Part shown: positions 1-8,066 of the stretch, in pieces
Position numbering within the stretch: the stretch's first letter is position 1
Layout of the letters: each line of letters begins with the position of its first letter
IMG/VR virus record: IMGVR_UViG_3300020403_000060
Location: 1 to 29,064 of that record
From: a virus
Lineage: Duplodnaviria > Caudoviricetes
DNA: 29,064 nt
Reading direction: 5' to 3' (one strand)
Position numbers and translations under genes: made by a program
Notes under the pieces: model-generated
Seen by the model: the letters and a program-made list of their open reading frames with translations, nothing else
Databases searched by the model: none
What the model was told of the DNA's origin: nothing

Positions 1-123
1 GTAAGTAGAAACGGTCATAGAATTATGGGTGACTCAGATGATATGACAGTTAATACTGACAATGCAGGATTTGCTCTAGTTTATTATAACGCAACTTACG
101 GATGGAGGTTAAAAGAGAACTAA
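1..123 (+). CDS. C-terminal end (partial) of a tail-fibre/baseplate-type structural protein
   Basis: Frame 1 reads VSRNGHRIMGDSDDMTVNTDNAGFALVYYNATYGWRLKEN*, which matches the RNG..I.G...D......F.LVY....GW pattern common at the ends of marine phage fibre proteins. Its stop overlaps the next ATG (TAATG). Not in the ORF track. Confidence 0.7.
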   Translation, partial: VSRNGHRIMGDSDDMTVNTDNAGFALVYYNATYGWRLKEN

Positions 124-761
124 TGGGTTTGTATGCAAAATATAAAGTAATGCCATCTGGATTAGTTGCTCCTGGACAACATGTCTATCATGATTTTCAG
201 CATACTGGTGATAGTGATATGGGTCAAGAGCCTCACAGTTTGGTAAATGTATTAGTACATAAAGGAAGTAACATTCATATTGGTACTGGACCTACTATTA
301 GTACTGAGAGAGAAGGTGCCTTCTACAAATATCATAATATTGTAGCAATAAATGGTGTTGGTAGAGGAGCAGGTAATGGTGTAGATGTTTTAAGATGGAC
401 TGCAAAAGATAATAGAAATGATCAAGCACCAGCTAGCAGTTCGTTTTACTCTGTAGTTCAAGTACATATGAAATCAGCTGGACATACATCTGCTGGAGGT
501 AACGGTTCAAAATATGAGATAGCATCTGTAGAATATAACGGAGGAGCACCCTCAACTCTTAATCAAACATATCCAGTAGCTATAGGATACAATCCTTTGT
601 TTACATTATCACATAGCGGTTACACTACTACTCTTGAAGTTGCCGGAGGAGGATCAGGAGCCGGTGGTTTCAGTGGTCTTTTTGAAGTTGAAATTTATTT
701 TTCAAGAGGACAAGGTTCAGCTGGTAGTTATATTTTATTTGATTTAGAGGAGCTAATTTAA
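123..761 (+). CDS. Hypothetical Gly/Ser-rich structural (fibre-associated) protein
   Basis: ORF 102..761; the ATG at 123 is coupled to the upstream stop. Gly/Ser/beta-rich composition, lies in the fibre cluster, one GDSD. Confidence 0.6.
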   Translation: MGLYAKYKVMPSGLVAPGQHVYHDFQHTGDSDMGQEPHSLVNVLVHKGSNIHIGTGPTISTEREGAFYKYHNIVAINGVGRGAGNGVDVLRWTAKDNRNDQAPASSSFYSVVQVHMKSAGHTSAGGNGSKYEIASVEYNGGAPSTLNQTYPVAIGYNPLFTLSHSGYTTTLEVAGGGSGAGGFSGLFEVEIYFSRGQGSAGSYILFDLEELI

Positions 762-949
762 TGGATTCGGAAGGATATGTTTTTGGAGGTAATGTAACTC
801 AAAGAAATTTGAGAGTTGTTACAGATAGACAAAAAGCCTATTCTGAACAATTAGGTGGTTGGCAAGAACAGCTAGAAATGATTTATGAAGATGAGGCTGG
901 ATGGAGAGCTAAGATTGCTCAAATAAGAATAGACAATCCAAAGGAATAG
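761..949 (+). CDS. Small tail-fibre assembly chaperone-like protein
   Basis: 62 aa ending RQKAY..GGWQEQLEMIYED..W..I..I...NPK, typical of small ORFs that follow fibre genes in marine phages. TAATG coupling and GAGGAG SD. Confidence 0.55.
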   Translation: MDSEGYVFGGNVTQRNLRVVTDRQKAYSEQLGGWQEQLEMIYEDEAGWRAKIAQIRIDNPKE

Positions 950-957
950 GTTAAATA
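950..957 (+). promoter_or_regulatory. T4-type late promoter variant (GTTAAATA), 4 nt before ATG
   Basis: TAAATAGAATATG is identical to the element upstream of ORF 25357; no SD. Confidence 0.45.
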
Positions 958-961
958 GAAT

Positions 962-2566
962 ATGGGAATTAGATCAAAATCGTGGTATATTTCTAGACTA
1001 GTTCGCTCAACTGGTATTGTTAGAAATGAAGTAATAGAAGCTACTGGAACTGCAGACTCTGATGTTGCAGCTATTGCTGCACTTCGTAGAGAAGCCGATT
1101 CTGATACAGTTCGTATTCAATCAATAGCTACTGAAATTGAAGGTCTAGATGTATTAGTAGATTCAGATCTTAAAGCTATAAGTGATTTAAGAAATGATGT
1201 AGATAGTGACAGCTTAAAAATTCAAGCATTAGAAGAGACAGTAGCTGGACTACCAACTACTTCTTTCGATAGTGATCAAATAGTTGCTATTATAAATGAG
1301 AACTCGACAAGCGGGTCTGTAGATTCCGATGTTGCAGCTGTTGCAGCTTTACGAAGAGATGCTGATAGTGATAGTATAAGATTGCAACAAATACAAGCTG
1401 CTGTTGATTCAGATTATGCTCTCTTTAATGCTAAGATTGCATTGTTTAATGGTCTTACTGATAGTGATCTTTCAGTTGTAGCTGAATTAAGAAACGATTT
1501 AGATTCTGAAATAGCTAAAGGTCAAAATATATCTCAAACTGTATTCGAATATACTACTACAGCTCCTACTACTACTTTTTCAGGAGCAGATGATAATGGT
1601 AAACTCTTAAGTTATAGTGTAGGTAGAATACAAGTATACTTAAACGGTTTATTATTGTCTGAAGGAGCATCAAGAGATTATACAGCTACTAATGGTACCT
1701 CTATAGTACTGACAGAAGCTTCAGACTCTGATGATGTTTTAACTGTGGTTAAGTTTTTAGGACAACCGGATGATGTACTAACCGAAAGAACTGTATTTAA
1801 AGTAACAAGCGGAGAACATTCAGCAGGTGATTCTGAGTTTTCAGTAACTTATACTCCAGGTAAGATTCAAGTATTCTTAAACGGTGTTTTACTTAATGAT
1901 TCTGATGACTATACAGCTACTAATGGAACTTCCATAGCTCTTACCACTGCACCAGATTCTGACGATGTGTTGTCAGTATTTAGATTTTTAGGTACTGAAA
2001 TAACCCATACAGGATTTGATTCTGATCAAGTTACAAGCATAGTAAAAGAAACATTTACTAACTTAGGTAATAGAAATATTCAACTGGGTGGTGCAGAAAA
2101 AGACTCTGATATTTTAGGATATCATATTAAGATTCTTGGTAATGAATCAAATGTAGACAGTGAACAAAATACATTTAATCTTAGAAATTATGTTGAAAGA
2201 AAAGTTTGTGTAGTTAATTCAAGTGCAACTATAGCATACATTTATTATGGTGGTTTTGCTAACGAACAAGGTGGTAACCAGTATGATAGAACTACTGTGT
2301 TTATAAATTGGACAGGTCATCAAAGTAGTGGTGCTGGTACAGTTTTTGGCAAAGCGCTTCATGCAACTATTCAAGCTACAACCTGGACTTCAGGACAAGC
2401 GTTTGCAGGTTCAACACACGGAAGTTTACCTGATTTTGCCATCACACATGATTCATCAAACGAAAGATTTATAGTAAGTATAGGTACATCTACTAATGGT
2501 TGGGGAACAGCTGACGTTACTATTCAAGTTGGTAGATATCCAAAACAGATAGAGTGGTTGGTATAA
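962..2566 (+). CDS. Fibre/structural protein: DSD-repeat coiled coil, two DYTATNGTSI beta repeats, C-terminal head domain
   Basis: 534 aa with 14 DSD + 3 DSE. Two copies of Y..G.IQV.LNG.LL...DYTATNGTSI.LT...DSDDVL, with DNA similarity near 1680 and 1911. Confidence 0.7.
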   Translation: MGIRSKSWYISRLVRSTGIVRNEVIEATGTADSDVAAIAALRREADSDTVRIQSIATEIEGLDVLVDSDLKAISDLRNDVDSDSLKIQALEETVAGLPTTSFDSDQIVAIINENSTSGSVDSDVAAVAALRRDADSDSIRLQQIQAAVDSDYALFNAKIALFNGLTDSDLSVVAELRNDLDSEIAKGQNISQTVFEYTTTAPTTTFSGADDNGKLLSYSVGRIQVYLNGLLLSEGASRDYTATNGTSIVLTEASDSDDVLTVVKFLGQPDDVLTERTVFKVTSGEHSAGDSEFSVTYTPGKIQVFLNGVLLNDSDDYTATNGTSIALTTAPDSDDVLSVFRFLGTEITHTGFDSDQVTSIVKETFTNLGNRNIQLGGAEKDSDILGYHIKILGNESNVDSEQNTFNLRNYVERKVCVVNSSATIAYIYYGGFANEQGGNQYDRTTVFINWTGHQSSGAGTVFGKALHATIQATTWTSGQAFAGSTHGSLPDFAITHDSSNERFIVSIGTSTNGWGTADVTIQVGRYPKQIEWLV

Positions 2567-3762
2567 TGGGAAAAGCAACTAAAGCATTACATTTAGCTAG
2601 AGCTATGACCTCGCAAGCATCTGGTGTTAACATAAGTCCCGATCTGGGTTCTAATACAAAAAGTTTTAGAAACTTATTAATGAATGGTGATATGAATATA
2701 GCTCAAAGATTAGCTGTAGAGCAAAGCGGTCTTGGTGCATCTTCATTTACTGGTATTAATACAACAACATATATAATGGACAGATGGAGATGGGCTCAAG
2801 ATGCTGATTGTGTAGTAACTTTAAGTAGAAGTACTGATGTTCCAGCTGGCCTTGGATTTCCCGCTTCATTTAAAGTAGATGTAACTACAGTAGATTCTTC
2901 TATAGGTGCTGATCAACTTGCTCATATTCAAACAGCAGTAGAAGGAAGAGATTTACAACATCTTGCATACGGAACTTCTAGTGCAAAAAAACTAACTTTG
3001 TCATTTTGGGTTAAGTCTACTAAAACAGGTACATATTGTATTTGTTTAAGAAAGCCTGACAATACTGCTTATGGGTTTATAAAAGAATATACTATTAACA
3101 CTGCTGATACATGGGAAAAGAAAATAATTCATATAGAACCTGATAGCAATATAAAAGCTTCTGGTGGTGCTATAGATAATGATACAGGATTAGGTTTTAG
3201 AGTTATCTGGGCATTGTGTGTTGGATCTAATGACACAGGTACTGATAATGCATGGAATGCTGATAGTAGTGGAGCAAAGACTGCAACTACAAATCAAGTT
3301 AACTTTTTAGATAATACTGCAAATGATTTTTATCTAACCGGTTGTCAATTAGAAGTAGGAGACAAAGCAACAGAATTTGATTTTGTTCCAACCGATATAG
3401 AAACTTTTCGTTGCAAAAGATACTATCAAAGATATAATAGAAATGCAAACTATGCAGGACTTGGTGTTGTAGTCCCATGGAGTACTACTAATGGTAATTT
3501 ATTATGGACAATGGAAGTACAACCAAGAGGTAATCCTTCTATTGAATATGGTGATCTTTCTCATTTTGACATATTTGGAGTTACTGGAACAGGATCAACT
3601 GGTGTTCCTACAGGTTTTAGCAATTCTGGATGGGCTGGAGGTACTAGTATAGATATAGGTGTAACCGGTTCGGGGTTTGTTGCAGCAAGAGCTATGCTTG
3701 TTGAATATGATAACACATCAACAAACTTACCAGCTTTTTTAGCAATTAACGCGGAGTTATAA
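2566..3762 (+). CDS. Tail-fibre / carbohydrate-binding-like receptor-binding protein
   Basis: Motifs RNLLMNGDMNIAQR, DRWR, TLSFWVKS, YLTGCQLEVG..AT.F and RCKRYY, typical of marine phage fibre beta-sandwich domains. Start at ATG 2566 is coupled to the upstream TAA. Confidence 0.7.
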   Translation: MGKATKALHLARAMTSQASGVNISPDLGSNTKSFRNLLMNGDMNIAQRLAVEQSGLGASSFTGINTTTYIMDRWRWAQDADCVVTLSRSTDVPAGLGFPASFKVDVTTVDSSIGADQLAHIQTAVEGRDLQHLAYGTSSAKKLTLSFWVKSTKTGTYCICLRKPDNTAYGFIKEYTINTADTWEKKIIHIEPDSNIKASGGAIDNDTGLGFRVIWALCVGSNDTGTDNAWNADSSGAKTATTNQVNFLDNTANDFYLTGCQLEVGDKATEFDFVPTDIETFRCKRYYQRYNRNANYAGLGVVVPWSTTNGNLLWTMEVQPRGNPSIEYGDLSHFDIFGVTGTGSTGVPTGFSNSGWAGGTSIDIGVTGSGFVAARAMLVEYDNTSTNLPAFLAINAEL

Positions 3763-3763
3763 T

Positions 3764-3931
3764 ATGGCGAGATATCAATTAGTAAGAAAAAAAGATGGAA
3801 CTGTAGCTGGAGTTTTTAGTGATGAACTTAAAAAAGGTATTCCAGCAGATTCGGATAATATGGACTGGCTAGAATATTTGGAATGGGTTAAACAAGGCAA
3901 TGTAGCAGATCCTCCAGTAGGTGAAGAATAA
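3764..3931 (+). CDS. Small fibre-associated chaperone-like protein (55 aa)
   Basis: MARYQLVRKKDGTVAGVFSDELKKGIPADSDNMDWLEYLEWVKQGNVADPPVGEE, with an IP.D..N.D...YL.WV..GN motif and a GGAG SD upstream. Not in the ORF track. Confidence 0.7.
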   Translation: MARYQLVRKKDGTVAGVFSDELKKGIPADSDNMDWLEYLEWVKQGNVADPPVGEE

Positions 3932-3952
3932 ATATTTAAAGAGAAATAATTT

Positions 3953-5251
3953 ATGGCTTATAATTTTGATTCTGAATTTTACCCTATGATGGTCCGCGTA
4001 GAAGCGCAGACTGGAATCATTGTTCATTTCGATGAGAATAGTGATTATGAAGGTGTGTTTAGAGTTGAAATTGATTCTGATTATATAGTAGGAATAATTG
4101 ATAGTAGAATAGCTGCAGTATCTGGACTTGATTCTGATCAGACTTATAACATGATTCAAGAGCATGCTAAGTTTACAGATTCAGATCTAGCTGTAGTAGC
4201 TACTCTTAGAAACGAAGTTACAACTTTACGTTCAGATGCTGACTCAGATAGTACTAAACTTCAAGCATTGGAGGTAAAAGTTGAACTTATTGAAGCTTCT
4301 CTCGATTCAGATCAAACAGTATCTCTAGATCTTATTAGAAGAATAGATAGTGATGCAGCTAGAATATCTGATCTAACCAGAAATGCAGATTCAGATGCTA
4401 ATACTATTAAAGAGCTTGTAGGTACGTTAGACTCAGATGGTAGATTGTTAGAAAAAGTATTACAAGCAGAATCAGATATTATTAAATTAAGGTCGGACTT
4501 AGATTCTGAATCAGTTCAGGTTAGAGCTCTTAGAAGCGATGTAGATTCAGACTTGTTTGATATGAGTGATGTTATAGCAAGACTAGATTCAGATGAGCTT
4601 AAGGTTCAAGATTTGGAAAGAAGATTAGCAATCTTAGAAGCTAATGTAGATTCAGATAGACTATGGACTAGAAACGAAGTATACAATCAAATTGAACCAA
4701 GACTTGATAATCTAGAAGATTCAGATTATTATGATTCTGATAGAGTGGTAAGAACTATAGCTCTTAATAGACTTGATCCTACAGATAGTGATACATTACT
4801 AACAGCTATTAAGAACGAAACTGGTAGTCATTTAACAAGAATTATTTCGTTAGAAAGTTTATTAGGAATAAGTTCATCGTCAGCTGCAGTAGCTTCACCT
4901 AGTGACTCAGATCTAAATACAATTGAATATGCTCAAGATGGTTCTACTTTATCAGTAAACACAGTTATAAGCTGGTATATGTATAGCTTAGGCGGCGGAG
5001 AGATTATTAGAAGACAGTTTACTATAACGGAAGGTTCCCCTTATAGTGCAATAATTAGAACATTAGCTTACACAGTCAATAATGATTCTGTAGCTATGGA
5101 ATATTTAGACAGCTTTAGAATAGATTATGATCAACCTGGTGACGCAGACGATAAGATTCATTTTAGATTTAAAACCGGGTTTGAAGATATGACATTTGAT
5201 GCTGAAGTCGATATTACTGGTGACTCTGGTAGATTGACAGTTACACAATAA
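3953..5251 (+). CDS. DSD-repeat coiled-coil structural protein (fibre/whisker-like)
   Basis: 432 aa with 15 DSD + 2 DSE in a heptad-patterned helix. AATAAATA late-like element at 3927-3934. Lies directly before the sheath gene. Confidence 0.65.
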   Translation: MAYNFDSEFYPMMVRVEAQTGIIVHFDENSDYEGVFRVEIDSDYIVGIIDSRIAAVSGLDSDQTYNMIQEHAKFTDSDLAVVATLRNEVTTLRSDADSDSTKLQALEVKVELIEASLDSDQTVSLDLIRRIDSDAARISDLTRNADSDANTIKELVGTLDSDGRLLEKVLQAESDIIKLRSDLDSESVQVRALRSDVDSDLFDMSDVIARLDSDELKVQDLERRLAILEANVDSDRLWTRNEVYNQIEPRLDNLEDSDYYDSDRVVRTIALNRLDPTDSDTLLTAIKNETGSHLTRIISLESLLGISSSSAAVASPSDSDLNTIEYAQDGSTLSVNTVISWYMYSLGGGEIIRRQFTITEGSPYSAIIRTLAYTVNNDSVAMEYLDSFRIDYDQPGDADDKIHFRFKTGFEDMTFDAEVDITGDSGRLTVTQ

Positions 5252-5258
5252 TGAGAAA

Positions 5259-5266
5259 TATAAATA
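5259..5266 (+). promoter_or_regulatory. T4-type late promoter TATAAATA
   Basis: Perfect gp55 consensus in the intergenic gap before the sheath gene; AGGAG SD follows. Confidence 0.8.
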
Positions 5267-5293
5267 TAGAAAGAGTATAATAGGAGTCTCACA

Positions 5294-7411
5294 ATGGCAT
5301 TTTTAGTTAGTCCAGGTGTGCAAATTGTAGAAAAAGATCTTACTAACATCATCCCAGCGGTGTCTACATCGATTGGTGGTTTTGCTGGTAAATTTGAATG
5401 GGGTCCAGCGTTAGATGTGACAACGGTATCTTCAGAGAAAGATCTTATAGCTAAGTTTGGATACCCAAAAATTTCAACAAATGACGCATCTAGCACTAGA
5501 GATGACTGGTTTGCAGCTGCTAACTTTTTAGGTTATGCTAATCAGTTACAAGTTGTAAGAGCAATATCAGATGGAGCTAGAAATAGTGCTTCAGAGCCAG
5601 TAGTTGGTTCTTCATCTACAGTTTCAGTTGTTCTAACAGGTACAGTATCTTCTACAGTGTTTACATCATCTAATGTAGTTCTTTATGATGGTTCTACTTC
5701 AGTTTCATTTACAGCAGATGCTAGTACATTAGGTTCAGTTGCAGATGCATTTAGAGCAGCTTTGGTTTCTGCAGGGGTTGGTTCTGTTTCAGTTGACTCA
5801 GATGGTATAGCAGGTATTGTTGACCCAACAGTTAAGTATGCTGCATCAGGTATTACTTTACCAGCTGCACAAACAATTAACGGTGTAACATTTACATTCT
5901 TTGTAAACACAGATGCAGCTGCTACAGCTACTACATTAACATCGGCTCAGCTTAATAACTTAGACGATTTCTTAGTAGAAAAAAGTACATTAGTTAACGG
6001 ATCAATATATGCAAGATTTCCTGGAAAATTAGGAAACAGTATTGGTGTTATCTTGATGGATGCATCTATTGATGAATCTGACTTTAAGAACCATGTATTA
6101 TTTGGAAGTACAAAAGCGTCAGATCTATTTGATACTAAACCTGGAACTAGCTCTTGGGGTTCAAATTATTCGACAGCTCCTCAAGATGAACTCCATGTTA
6201 TTGTATATACTACAGATACTCTTATTACAGGTAACGCAAATGAAATATTAGAACAATATGGTTACTTGTCAAAAGCTAAGAATGGTAAGACTGCAGATGG
6301 AGGTCCAAACTTCTACGTAGATATTATTAATGACCAGTCTCAATGGATTTATGCACTAAGTGAAGAATCATCAGCTCAAAGCGCAGTAATTGATTCGGAC
6401 TCAGGAGGAAGCGTACTACAATCTATTGGAGATACATTAAGCAGCCTTACATCTTCAACAAGGTTTAAGTATTTTCTTACTAATATGTCCTTAACAGGGT
6501 TTAGAAAATATGCGTTGGGTGGAGGAACCGATGGTGCTTCTGTATCGGATGGTAATTATACCACAGCATATGACTTGTTAAAGGATGATCAAGTAATTGA
6601 TGTTAACTTACTTATTACAGGTGAAAGATCTGCAACAGTTTCTAAACATGTAATAACAATAGCAGAAGCGAGAAAAGATGCAATTGCATTCTGTTCACCA
6701 AGTTATTCTGCTGCAGTTAACAATCCAACAGCAGAAAAAGTAATTAATTATTTTTCTACATTTAACTCTTCATCATATGCAGTATTTGACTCTGGTTATA
6801 AGAGACAATACGATAGATACAATGATGAGTATTTTTGGATGCCTCTTAATCCAGACACAGCAGGACTAACAGCTAGAGCAGAATTTACAAATGATGCTTG
6901 GTTCTCTCCTGCAGGTCTTAACAGAGGATTTATTAACAATGTAGTTAAATTATCATTTAATCCAAATCAAACAGACAGAGATCAGCTATATCCAAATAGA
7001 GTTAACCCTGTAGTTACCTTTAGAGGTCAAGGTACACTTCTATATGGAGATAAGACTGCCTTATCTAGACCATCTGCATTTGATAGAATTAATGTTCGTA
7101 GATTGTTTATTGTTCTTGAGAAAGCAATTGCAACTGCAGCTAAGTTCCAGTTGTTTGAATTCAACGATGACTTAACAAGAAGAACATTTGTTAATGCAGT
7201 AGAACCTTTCCTTGCTGAAATTTCAGCTCGTAGAGGTATAACAGACTTTAGAGTTGTTTGTGATACTTCAAACAACACTGGTCAAGTCATTGATGGTAAC
7301 AGATTCGTTGCTGATATCTACATTAAACCAGCTCGCTCGATTAACTTTATTACACTTAATTTTGTTGCGGTGAGAACTGGAGTTTCATTTAGTGAGGTAG
7401 CAGGAGCATAA
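5294..7411 (+). CDS. gp18: Tail sheath protein
   Basis: N-terminal FLVSPGVQIVEKDLT and FEWGP; C-terminal WFSPAG.NRG, LYGDKT, SAFDRINVRRLF and IYIKPARSINFITLNFVAVRTGVSF. Confidence 0.97.
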   Translation: MAFLVSPGVQIVEKDLTNIIPAVSTSIGGFAGKFEWGPALDVTTVSSEKDLIAKFGYPKISTNDASSTRDDWFAAANFLGYANQLQVVRAISDGARNSASEPVVGSSSTVSVVLTGTVSSTVFTSSNVVLYDGSTSVSFTADASTLGSVADAFRAALVSAGVGSVSVDSDGIAGIVDPTVKYAASGITLPAAQTINGVTFTFFVNTDAAATATTLTSAQLNNLDDFLVEKSTLVNGSIYARFPGKLGNSIGVILMDASIDESDFKNHVLFGSTKASDLFDTKPGTSSWGSNYSTAPQDELHVIVYTTDTLITGNANEILEQYGYLSKAKNGKTADGGPNFYVDIINDQSQWIYALSEESSAQSAVIDSDSGGSVLQSIGDTLSSLTSSTRFKYFLTNMSLTGFRKYALGGGTDGASVSDGNYTTAYDLLKDDQVIDVNLLITGERSATVSKHVITIAEARKDAIAFCSPSYSAAVNNPTAEKVINYFSTFNSSSYAVFDSGYKRQYDRYNDEYFWMPLNPDTAGLTARAEFTNDAWFSPAGLNRGFINNVVKLSFNPNQTDRDQLYPNRVNPVVTFRGQGTLLYGDKTALSRPSAFDRINVRRLFIVLEKAIATAAKFQLFEFNDDLTRRTFVNAVEPFLAEISARRGITDFRVVCDTSNNTGQVIDGNRFVADIYIKPARSINFITLNFVAVRTGVSFSEVAGA

Positions 7412-7412
7412 G

Positions 7413-8039
7413 ATGACAGTTCGTATTGATGATTTTAAAACAGCTTTAGCTGGTGGTGGTGCAAGAGCTAACCTATTTAGAGTAAATTGTAACTGGCCTA
7501 ATGGAGACATTCAAGGTGGTGCTAATACAGCATTCGGCGCAAGTGCAACAGAAGCTCTTAGTTCTTTTATGATAAAAACTGCCGCAATGCCAGCTAGAAC
7601 AATCGGAGAAGTTATTGTTCCGTTTAGAGGTAGACAATTAAAAGTATCTGGAGATACTATCTATGATGCTTGGACGGTACAGGTTATTAACGATAACAAC
7701 TTTGCTGTAAGAAATGCTTTCGAAAGATGGCAAGATGCGATAAACGGTGCAGCTACAAACGTATCAGGAAGAGGTGTTGATGCTTCTTCATTTGACTCAT
7801 ACACGGCTAATATGGAAATTGAACAACTTAGTCGTACAGGTGCAGTCATAAAAAGATATGTATTGTATGCTGCATGGCCTACTGTTGTGGATACTATTGA
7901 TGTCTCCTACGACAGTACAGATACAATTGAAGAGTTTGCTGTTACATTTGCATATCAGTGGTGGGAAGCTAACACTACTAGTGAGCCTACAACTGGTAGA
8001 GTCACTGCTGATGTTGCTGAAGTACCTGTAACACAATAA
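7413..8039 (+). CDS. gp19: Tail tube protein
   Basis: GGGARANLF, PFRGRQLKVSGD, W.VQVINDNNF.VR.AFERW and IEEFAVTFAYQWW; follows gp18. Confidence 0.95.
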   Translation: MTVRIDDFKTALAGGGARANLFRVNCNWPNGDIQGGANTAFGASATEALSSFMIKTAAMPARTIGEVIVPFRGRQLKVSGDTIYDAWTVQVINDNNFAVRNAFERWQDAINGAATNVSGRGVDASSFDSYTANMEIEQLSRTGAVIKRYVLYAAWPTVVDTIDVSYDSTDTIEEFAVTFAYQWWEANTTSEPTTGRVTADVAEVPVTQ

Positions 8040-8062
8040 CTCTTCATTACATAATGAGGAGT
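8039..8062 (+). promoter_or_regulatory. Hairpin sequestering the portal ribosome-binding site
   Basis: ACTCTTCATT-acat-AATGAGGAGT forms a 10-bp stem (one G-U) covering GAGGAG, 5 nt before ATG 8067. Confidence 0.55.
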
Positions 8063-8066
8063 CCTT

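Noticed and set aside
102-122. Upstream-extended starts in the ORF track (102, 2554, 9640, 10921, 17664, 18549, 20535, 27895)
   Set aside because: Downstream ATGs fit better, mostly through stop-start coupling (TAATG/ATGA) or SD/promoter position. The choices at 10930 and 27928 are less certain.
962-5251. Dense GANTC sites (CcrM/HinfI motif) created by GAT-TCN and GAC-TCN codons, as a DNA methylation signal
   Set aside because: The sites are in the Asp-Ser frame, and many DSD copies use AGT (GATAGTGAT), which destroys GANTC. The constraint is on the peptide.
962-5251. Regularly spaced GATTCAGAT-like repeats (42/63 nt) as a CRISPR-like or DNA repeat array
   Set aside because: The repeats are only 9 nt, synonymously degenerate and in frame within long ORFs; no cas genes are present.
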